DNA from: Candidatus Nomurabacteria bacterium
GTDB lineage: Bacteria > Patescibacteriota > Patescibacteriia > HK-STAS-PATE-3
Direction of reading: 5' to 3'
Assembly: GCA_023898465.1 (NCBI GenBank)
Contig: CP060223.1
Location: 960,001-1,024,000, forward strand
Length of the DNA stretch: 64,000 nt
The position numbers and the translations under genes were made by a program. This document shows, piece after piece, positions 17,529 to 25,194 of this stretch. The notes beneath the pieces were generated by a model. It was not told the origin of the DNA and did not search any database. It saw only the letters and a list, made by a program, of their open reading frames with translations. Each line of letters begins with the position of its first letter. The first letter of the stretch is position 1.

Positions 17529-19655
17529 ATGTTTTTACGCGCATGTATAGTATTGCTCTTTGTCTTTACGCAAAGCGTTCCCTTCTTTCCTGTGACACAG
17601 GCAATTGAAATCCCAACTGTTGTGATAAATGAGCTTATGTGGATGGGTTCATCCGCTTCCTCGGCTGACGAATGGATAGAGCTGCGTAATACTAGCGATC
17701 AACAGATAGATATTTCTGGATGGAAAATGACCAAGAAGAGCGGTGAAGACAACGCGCTCATGTTAACTATTCCAGAAAATCAATTCATTGCCCCACGGGC
17801 ATATTACCTCATTGCGAACTATGCTGATGATGCGACAAATTCACATTTAGCCATAGCACCTGATTTGGTTGAGACCGACGTCGCATTAGTAAACTCGGCC
17901 TTGCAGATTGGGCTTTATACTTCCCAAGATGAACTTATTGACAGTGCGGATGACGGAGTGGGCAAGCCCTTGGCAGGTGAGTACACATCAGGTGAAATAT
18001 GGAAATCAATGGAGCGAGTACGTGAGCCAAGTGATGGAACTAGGCCGGAGGATTGGAAGACCTCAAGCGCTCAAGTGAATTTTGATGCCGCTTCCCCAGA
18101 GTATGGTACGCCAGGGGCAGAGAATAGTAATACTGCGCCAGCGGCAAATGCTGGAGAAGATTTCTCTATCCAGGTCGGTGAAACAGCGACATTTGACGCT
18201 TCACTTTCTGAAGATGCTGACCATGACACACTTAGTTACTCATGGGATTTTGACGACGGCGGAGTTGCGAGTGGGATAACTCCTACGCACGTGTATCAAC
18301 ATGAAGGGGAATACCACGTAGTTCTGATTGTTTCCGATGGGATGCTTACATCGAGTGATGAGGTGCTGGTGAGTGTAAGCTTAGAATCAGTCTTACCAAC
18401 ACCAGAGACTCAAGAGGATAATCCAGGGGAAGAGGAGTCTAGCGATCCTGAATATATGCGGGGTAATGTGCTGCTCAATGAAGTCTTCCCTAATCCAAGT
18501 GGGCGAGATCAAGAAGCAGAGTTTATCGAGCTCTATAATGCGGATGACAAAGCGGTTTCGCTGAGCGGCTGGAAAGTAACCAATGATAAAAGCTCATATC
18601 ACTTTGATGATCAAGTAATTGCACCTGGAGCCTTTCTCTCCATATCATATTCGACGAGTAAAGTCTTGCTGCGCAATAGCGGCGGTGTAGTTCGACTAGT
18701 AAACCCCTTCAATGAAATAGTGAGCGGGTTAGAGTACGGCGTGGCCGAAGAAGCAATGAGCTTTGCTCGAGTGAATGATACGACACATTGGGAATGGACA
18801 AGCCTGCCCACCCCCGGGAGTGAAAATGAGATTGAGCAAGATATTTCTTCTTCAAACACGGAAGTAGAAGGAGATAGCAACGCAATAATTTTAGAAAAGA
18901 CAAACGAGACTAATACAAGCCTTCCAAAAAATATTAAGGTGGCTGAAATTGCCGGACTTGATCCAAAAACCCTTGTGCAAGTTGAAGGTGTGGTGACCGC
19001 CGCGCCAGGCATGTTCTCCGTTTCGTCATTTTGGCTGCAGGATGAGAGTGGGGCAGCCGAGGTTTCATCAACAAATAAACTATTCCCAGAGCTAGAGCTT
19101 GGCAATCTCGTGCGCGTGATTGGTACGGTGTCGAGTGCTGGAGAGGGCTTACGCATAAACCAGCGCAAAGATGAAATTGAAGTAATTGGTGTGAGCGTTG
19201 TAGCTCCTGAGGAATTGCAAAGCGATGATCTTAATGAGGCACTCATTGGTCATCTCGTGAGCGTCCAGGGACAGATAACAAAATCAGCCAAGACAAAACT
19301 CACCTTGCGTGATGAGCAGGGTGAATTGGCCGTCGTCGCCAAGAAAGGCACTGAGCTTGATCTCAGTAGTTTCAGCGTTGATGAGCCCGTGCAGATTCTC
19401 GGCATACTTGGATGGACAAGCGCTGGGCCACAAATTTGGCCAAGGACTATTGAAGATATTCAAATTGCCGGAGAGGTTTTAGGCGAAGCAACAAGCTTAG
19501 AAGCTCAAACTCCACTTACTGACTCGACAGCCATCGTGAATGATGATCGAAAAGTATTTCCCACCTGGTTAGTTATGGTAATCATCGGTGTCATGTTAAG
19601 TCTGGGAGCGTGGTGGTACTGGAAACATCGCGTCGATACCACTTCCCATGTCTAA
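17529..19655 (+). CDS. Large surface protein: 2x lamin-tail domain (LTD) + PKD domain + OB-fold-like region + C-terminal TM anchor
   Basis: Signal/TM N-terminus. LTD motifs (INELMW..DEWIELRN.., LLNEVFPNP..EFIELYN). PKD signature (LSYSWDFDDG...HVY..G.Y). C-terminal TM WLVMVIIGVMLSLGAWWYW. Confidence 0.7.
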   Translation: MFLRACIVLLFVFTQSVPFFPVTQAIEIPTVVINELMWMGSSASSADEWIELRNTSDQQIDISGWKMTKKSGEDNALMLTIPENQFIAPRAYYLIANYADDATNSHLAIAPDLVETDVALVNSALQIGLYTSQDELIDSADDGVGKPLAGEYTSGEIWKSMERVREPSDGTRPEDWKTSSAQVNFDAASPEYGTPGAENSNTAPAANAGEDFSIQVGETATFDASLSEDADHDTLSYSWDFDDGGVASGITPTHVYQHEGEYHVVLIVSDGMLTSSDEVLVSVSLESVLPTPETQEDNPGEEESSDPEYMRGNVLLNEVFPNPSGRDQEAEFIELYNADDKAVSLSGWKVTNDKSSYHFDDQVIAPGAFLSISYSTSKVLLRNSGGVVRLVNPFNEIVSGLEYGVAEEAMSFARVNDTTHWEWTSLPTPGSENEIEQDISSSNTEVEGDSNAIILEKTNETNTSLPKNIKVAEIAGLDPKTLVQVEGVVTAAPGMFSVSSFWLQDESGAAEVSSTNKLFPELELGNLVRVIGTVSSAGEGLRINQRKDEIEVIGVSVVAPEELQSDDLNEALIGHLVSVQGQITKSAKTKLTLRDEQGELAVVAKKGTELDLSSFSVDEPVQILGILGWTSAGPQIWPRTIEDIQIAGEVLGEATSLEAQTPLTDSTAIVNDDRKVFPTWLVMVIIGVMLSLGAWWYWKHRVDTTSHV

Positions 19656-19702
19656 AAATACTTGCCGTAAAGGAAAAAATATGCTATACTTCCCTTACAA
19701 AA

Positions 19703-21529
19703 ATGCAAAAGAAAAAAATAGACAAGCGATCATTGTCATGGCAGCTTCTGACACTACTAGGCGTTTTTCTTTTTGTTGTTGTAGCGCAAAAGAGCTTAGC
19801 TGATACGGCGTACTATGTTGATCAAAACAATGTAAGTTGTTCAGATGCGGGACCTGGCTCACCTTCTGTTCCTTTCTGTAGTTTAGTGCCCACACAGGGA
19901 GTAGTGGCTCCAGGAGATACGGTATATATAGCTGACGGGCGCTATGGTGATCCCCTCAGCTTTACTGTTTCAGGGACTGAGGGTAATCCTATTCGCTACA
20001 TCGCTCAAGGCGAGAACGTTGTCCTTGGTGTTTTTGAAGACTTGGTAGATGAAAATTTTACCAAAACTCCCGGGTACACCAATGTGTATGAAATAGCTTT
20101 ACCCATAAGCGATCCTGACCATCGTTTGTTCCAAACCTATTTCCCCGACATCCTGGTAGACGATCCGGACAATGATTCATACTTTACCATGAAAGATGCG
20201 GATGGTCCTTTAGGACTCACTGAGACGGATGATTTGACCCTTGTCGATGAAAACGAGGGGTCCTGGATGATTAGTGGTGAGACTATTTATGCGCATGCTT
20301 ATGGCAGCCGTGTTCCAAGCACTGCATCAACAGATTTTGTGTATACCTACGATAAATGGCAATTAGGAATTGGGGCATCAATTTCCTATCTTGTGTTTGA
20401 CGGTTTCCAATTTCACTACAACGGAGAGTATAACTTTGTCGTAAACGGCACGCACAATACATTTTATAATATTAAAAAAACAAGTGGCTTTGAAATACGA
20501 GGAAGTGATAACTACGCTGAAGGGATAACCGCGAGCCACGAAATAACTCGGAATGCTCCTAGTGGGAGCTTTTACAGTGGCGCAAGTGGTTACGGTTTGT
20601 TTATCCGAGGTACAAATAACACCTTAAAAGATATTCACGTATTTCATAATTGGAATAATATTGGAGTGAATGGAAGCAACATCACTATTCAAAGCGGCGA
20701 GATTCATGGCTCACCAAATCATTGTTTTCAACCTCAACACAATGATGGATTGACCATACAAAATCTAAAATCTTGGAATTGCCAAGATGGCTATGGATAT
20801 ATCTCGGGTGATGTTACTAATGCAGTTTTTGAGAATGGGACCGTGCAGTCGAGTATTCTTTTTCAAGACCTAATTGTTGCTGCACATTATCCAAATAGCA
20901 ATCTTACTTTTCGGAATATGCTATTTAATGACTGTAAGATTATTACCGGAGGATATGGCGTTAACGAGTGTAGCTATGAAAGCACAGTCACAATAGAAAA
21001 CTCGATTTTTTTCTGTGATAATATTTCGAATTTTGAGATTCAGCATTGCGTTGCACCAGGAAATCTTGAGACCTATTCCTCGATCGCTGCATATCAGGCA
21101 AATTGTGGAGACAACTGTATGACCTTAAATAACGTTCAGTTGATCGATACAAACCATACTAACGTTATTCAGGGTGGTAAGTGGCCAGGTGAAACACCGC
21201 TCTGGGATATTCATATTCCAAATGAAAGTAGTGTAGCCTTTGATGCCGGATCTTCATTAGCTAGCTCAAGTATTGACTACGAAGGCGACACTCGACCACA
21301 AGGGCTTAGATACGACATTGGCGCTGACGAATTACCAGTTGTAGATTCAGGAGGAGAAGAATGTACACCTGATTGGCAATGTGACGCTTGGGCATCGTGC
21401 AGCAATGGCAATCAAACGCGAACTTGCCATGATAGTAATAGCTGTGGCACTGAGAGTGGACGACCGAGTCAGAGCAGATCCTGCGACTCCTATGTACCGG
21501 GCAGAATAACTAACTTACGCGTCGAGTAA
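19703..21529 (+). CDS. Surface right-handed beta-helix (pectate-lyase-fold) protein with a C-terminal Cys-rich module
   Basis: N-terminal TM. Beta-helix repeats with many N/G/I rungs. C-terminal CTPDWQCDAWASCSNGNQTRTCHDSNSCGTESGRPSQSRSC. Confidence 0.6.
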   Translation: MQKKKIDKRSLSWQLLTLLGVFLFVVVAQKSLADTAYYVDQNNVSCSDAGPGSPSVPFCSLVPTQGVVAPGDTVYIADGRYGDPLSFTVSGTEGNPIRYIAQGENVVLGVFEDLVDENFTKTPGYTNVYEIALPISDPDHRLFQTYFPDILVDDPDNDSYFTMKDADGPLGLTETDDLTLVDENEGSWMISGETIYAHAYGSRVPSTASTDFVYTYDKWQLGIGASISYLVFDGFQFHYNGEYNFVVNGTHNTFYNIKKTSGFEIRGSDNYAEGITASHEITRNAPSGSFYSGASGYGLFIRGTNNTLKDIHVFHNWNNIGVNGSNITIQSGEIHGSPNHCFQPQHNDGLTIQNLKSWNCQDGYGYISGDVTNAVFENGTVQSSILFQDLIVAAHYPNSNLTFRNMLFNDCKIITGGYGVNECSYESTVTIENSIFFCDNISNFEIQHCVAPGNLETYSSIAAYQANCGDNCMTLNNVQLIDTNHTNVIQGGKWPGETPLWDIHIPNESSVAFDAGSSLASSSIDYEGDTRPQGLRYDIGADELPVVDSGGEECTPDWQCDAWASCSNGNQTRTCHDSNSCGTESGRPSQSRSCDSYVPGRITNLRVE

Positions 21530-21530
21530 T

Positions 21531-23024
21531 ATGCCCCAAACCGAACAAATCGTTGCGACAAAGACATGGTTGCAAGTGTCTATCAGTAGCACTCTAGCCT
21601 CTTTTATACTCATTTCTTTAACCGGTTTGAGTATGGGGCTTATTTCTTTTCAATCAGATATTTTTCCCATTTTCCAACAGCAAGAAGCGACGAGTCAATA
21701 CGATAATAGCAATTCAGCAAAATTAATATGGACGGCGCCAGGTGATGATGGATATACCGGACAAGCGAGCGGCTATGATATTCGCTATGCTCAGACTCCC
21801 ATTACATCCGCAAGCTGGAGTTCAGCCACTCAGGTAGCCAACACACTGCAACCAAAAGTTGCTGGGGCATCTGAATCGTTTCGAGTGACCGGCCTCCTGT
21901 CCGCCAAAACCTACTATTTTGCAGTGAGGGCGTATGATGAGGTGGGTAACTACGGAGAGATTTCGAATGTACCAAGTATAACGACAGCCTGCTATGTTTC
22001 GTGGTCCTGCGATGAGTGGTCAGCTTGTGTGGACGGTCAGCAGGTGAGGACTTGTAGTGATACAAATAGCTGTGCTTCAGATGAGGGTAGACCAGAGGAA
22101 AGCCGAGCGTGCGGAGCGGGGGGTCCATCACCTGAGCCGATTATTGTGGGTACACATACTGGATATCCGCCACACCTACGGGTGCTAGATAGCAACGGCG
22201 GTCTCATGAGTCAGTTTTATGCCTACGCAGAAAATTTCCGTAACGGGGTAAACTTTTCTTTTGGTGATGTTGATGGTGATGGCAAAAAAGATATCGTCGT
22301 AGGAACCATTGGAAAATCAGCCGCGCATATCCGAATCTTTCGCCAGGATGGAAGCCTCCTTTCGCAATTTTTTGCCTACCCAGCGCAGTGGCGCATAGGA
22401 GTGAGTGTGAGTACCGGTGATCTCGATGGCGACGGAAAGGATGAGATTATTGTTTTACCGAATACTCGCTCGCCTGCCCATGTGCGAATTTTTTCTTACA
22501 CCGGACAATTACAAAATCAATTTTATGTTTTCCCTTCCCAGTGGAGACTGGAATTAAATCTAGAGAGTGGAGATGTAAACGGAGATGGGAAAGACGAGAT
22601 TGTTGTTTCTACTACTGAGGGTTATACGCCGCATGTCCGTATTTTTTCTGGTACTGGTAATTTAGTCGGACAATTTTTTGCCTATGATTTAGGATATCGT
22701 GGTGGGGTCCCGATCGCCACCGGTGACACAAATGGGGACGGGAAGGATGAAATAATTACTGGCACAGGGCCAGGCTATCGACCGCATGTCCGTATACTGG
22801 ATTTAGATGGATCAGTCGTTGGTCAGTTTAATGCCTATGATCCAAATTATCGTGGCGGACTAACACTCTCCTCGACTGATGTGGATGGTGATGGGGTTGA
22901 TGAGGTTATCGTCGGTACTATGCCAGGCTATCCTGCTCATGTGCGAGCGCTTACCAATACCGGCGACCTCGTTAGCCAGTTTTATGCCTATCCGCCTGAA
23001 TGGAAGATTGGAGTGAAGTTGTAA
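21531..23024 (+). CDS. Surface protein: N-terminal TM + FN3-like + Cys-rich module + 8x FG-GAP/VCBS-type repeats
   Basis: Starts 2 nt after the previous stop. Cys module YVSWSCDEWSACVDGQQVRTCSDTNSCASDEGRPEESRAC. Repeats GDV(D/N)GDGKDEI.VGT...HVRI. Confidence 0.65.
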   Translation: MPQTEQIVATKTWLQVSISSTLASFILISLTGLSMGLISFQSDIFPIFQQQEATSQYDNSNSAKLIWTAPGDDGYTGQASGYDIRYAQTPITSASWSSATQVANTLQPKVAGASESFRVTGLLSAKTYYFAVRAYDEVGNYGEISNVPSITTACYVSWSCDEWSACVDGQQVRTCSDTNSCASDEGRPEESRACGAGGPSPEPIIVGTHTGYPPHLRVLDSNGGLMSQFYAYAENFRNGVNFSFGDVDGDGKKDIVVGTIGKSAAHIRIFRQDGSLLSQFFAYPAQWRIGVSVSTGDLDGDGKDEIIVLPNTRSPAHVRIFSYTGQLQNQFYVFPSQWRLELNLESGDVNGDGKDEIVVSTTEGYTPHVRIFSGTGNLVGQFFAYDLGYRGGVPIATGDTNGDGKDEIITGTGPGYRPHVRILDLDGSVVGQFNAYDPNYRGGLTLSSTDVDGDGVDEVIVGTMPGYPAHVRALTNTGDLVSQFYAYPPEWKIGVKL

Positions 23025-23055
23025 TCTAGTTGCAAAGAAAAGCCAGTCTGTATAG

Positions 23056-23211
23056 CTACAGACCGGCTCGGTGGGCGCGCCTTTGCAGGAGGAGATAAGG
23101 AACCAGGAAGAAAAGCGTGCCAAAGGTGAGACCAATGAGCATGCCCACACCAGTGAGCAAGAGGCCACAAAGGCCAAAAACGGCACAGGTCAACAATTTC
23201 AGAATTTTCAT
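23056..23211 (-). CDS. Possible 51-aa small membrane peptide (coordinates approximate)
   Basis: GGGAGGGAAAC Shine-Dalgarno before a minus-strand ATG. Hydrophobic MKILKLLTCAVFGLCGLLLTGVGMLIGLTFGTLFF... My by-eye reading of this stretch disagrees by 1 nt with the provided ORF track, so this call is low confidence. Confidence 0.25.
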   Translation of the reverse strand: MKILKLLTCAVFGLCGLLLTGVGMLIGLTFGTLFFLVPYLLLQRRAHRAGL

Positions 23212-23294
23212 GTTTCCCTCCCAGGAGCGCCGCTAGTATAGTACGGCTTATTTGGTATGTAAAATCCCGCACAAGAGCGTGCTACAATATACTT

Positions 23295-24314
23295 ATGCGC
23301 GCAAAATACTTCTTAGGAGCCCTTATTCTCACCTTCGGGATTGTTGCTTTAGCGTGGTACGTGGGTGATCCTGTCCAATCGGTTGGAGCGGAGGATAAAC
23401 AGACCAAGGAAGCTATTTCACGAGGCTTGGATTTTTTAGCACAAAGCCATCATCCTTATACTTTTGATGATGCGTATTTGCAGTATCTCTACCCAGACGA
23501 GAATCTCTCGTGTCCTTTACCTAATTGTCAGCTTAGTTATCGTCTGCTTGATGCATACTTCGCCGTTGCCATGCTTCGTGATCGATTAAGTGCAAAAGAA
23601 AAGCAGAGCATCCAAGACGTGCTTGAGGAACAAGAGGCAGTTTTTGAAATCCTCTTGCCTACATGGCGCACTGCACCGATCGAAGGCACCTTACGAAGTG
23701 AAGCGGCAAGTAGCGAGAGTGTAGCCTTGGATACCTATTGTCTTCTCGGCTATCTCACTAAAGATAAAGCAATGGCAGAGCACGCATTGGAATATCTCTC
23801 ACCATCAGGCGAGTGGTTTGCAGCTGATCATTTTACTAGTGATCAGTGGCGGAATATTGCTGATGAAACATGGTGCATTCGTTTGCTTGCTGTAACCGAA
23901 ACCTATCCGGAGCAGTTTGCCAACATGGTTGAAACAAAAACTATTGAGGTTCGCGGTTTTCTCCAATCGCAAAAACCGGTCGCTGAAAAAATAGCCGCAG
24001 TCTATCATGTATTGCTTATGATACAAGAGCCGGGAATTACCCAATCAGCCGAACAAATTCCCGTTTTACAAGAGACAGCTGCCGCACTTATTGCGAGCGC
24101 GAGCACACAACTTGATGCGGTGACAATGGCAAACAGTCTTGAAATGTTAACCCTAAGTCACTTTTCCACTGACTCGTATGTGAGTGGCTTACGCGAAGGT
24201 CTCTTGCGATCGCAAAGCACGGACGGTGCGTGGCGTTACGGCGATGACAATCAGTATGCCGTGTTTGCTACCCTTCGCAGTTTATTAGGATTAACCAGTG
24301 ATCGAGTGGAATGA
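23295..24314 (+). CDS. Secreted/anchored hypothetical protein (alpha-helical)
   Basis: 339 aa. N-terminal signal/TM MRAKYFLGALILTFGIVALAW. Confidence 0.45.
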   Translation: MRAKYFLGALILTFGIVALAWYVGDPVQSVGAEDKQTKEAISRGLDFLAQSHHPYTFDDAYLQYLYPDENLSCPLPNCQLSYRLLDAYFAVAMLRDRLSAKEKQSIQDVLEEQEAVFEILLPTWRTAPIEGTLRSEAASSESVALDTYCLLGYLTKDKAMAEHALEYLSPSGEWFAADHFTSDQWRNIADETWCIRLLAVTETYPEQFANMVETKTIEVRGFLQSQKPVAEKIAAVYHVLLMIQEPGITQSAEQIPVLQETAAALIASASTQLDAVTMANSLEMLTLSHFSTDSYVSGLREGLLRSQSTDGAWRYGDDNQYAVFATLRSLLGLTSDRVE

Positions 24315-25180
24315 ATATGAAAAAGATATTTTTACTCGATGTATTTTTTCTCCTAGCACTGCAGTATATTTTTTTTCATGGCCTAGGGGCAACGTATCGC
24401 TGGGTAAACTCCAGCCTCGTACATATTCCCATCTTCCTGGCTTGGTTTAATATACAAATGCTCTTTCTCTGTCTTGCTACACTGGTTTTGGTAATGGTGG
24501 GACTTGCTCTACGCGGAAAATCTTTTGTTTGGTTAGGATTCGAGGCACTTCCTAAAAATACAGTATCAAGTATAGGGTTGTTTATTGCATTGAGTTTTCC
24601 CATTGCGCTCCTTGGTCGATTAATCGTATCTGATTTTGATGCATGGTATGCCAATGGAGCTGGCCTGCTGAGCTGGGCAGGTGTTGGCGCCTTTGTCGTA
24701 ACCTTAGTTTTTTCAGTGTTGAAAGAGGAATTATTGCAACGCTTCATGCAAAGGATGCTCATGGAGCACTTGAGCAACTTGAGTATTGCGATTGTTATGG
24801 CAAGCAGCTTTGCCTTGGCGCACTATTTTACTCCCGTGGCCTATGGCGTCAGCTCAGTGGTGAGTGTAGCGTTTATTGCTTTCCTTCTGGCTGTGCTTTA
24901 TCTCCGTACGAAAAATATACTTGTCACATTCTTTTTTCATTTTTGCTTTAATCTCATTATCACTATTCAGATTAGTTTGCACGCCCGGGGCGATGGCGTA
25001 GGAGAATTCCTGCTTTGGAGTCTTTGGGGATTAGCCTTTCTCTGGACCCTTAAGCCAGCCTGGAAAGCATTACGTGAAAGTTTATCTTTTTCCTCAAGCG
25101 ATCTCCAGCCAAAAACACTTGTATTTCTTACACTCTTTGGATTTCTCCTCCCTCTGCTCTACACCTTTCTGCTGAACTAA
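24311..25180 (+). CDS. CPBP-family intramembrane metalloprotease (CAAX protease / Abi-like)
   Basis: EExxxR (KEELLQRF), FxxxH (FALAHYF) and HxxxN (HFCFNL) motifs. Polytopic. Four-nt overlap with the upstream gene. Confidence 0.7.
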   Translation: MNMKKIFLLDVFFLLALQYIFFHGLGATYRWVNSSLVHIPIFLAWFNIQMLFLCLATLVLVMVGLALRGKSFVWLGFEALPKNTVSSIGLFIALSFPIALLGRLIVSDFDAWYANGAGLLSWAGVGAFVVTLVFSVLKEELLQRFMQRMLMEHLSNLSIAIVMASSFALAHYFTPVAYGVSSVVSVAFIAFLLAVLYLRTKNILVTFFFHFCFNLIITIQISLHARGDGVGEFLLWSLWGLAFLWTLKPAWKALRESLSFSSSDLQPKTLVFLTLFGFLLPLLYTFLLN

Positions 25181-25194
25181 GGTACTCTGCAAAT

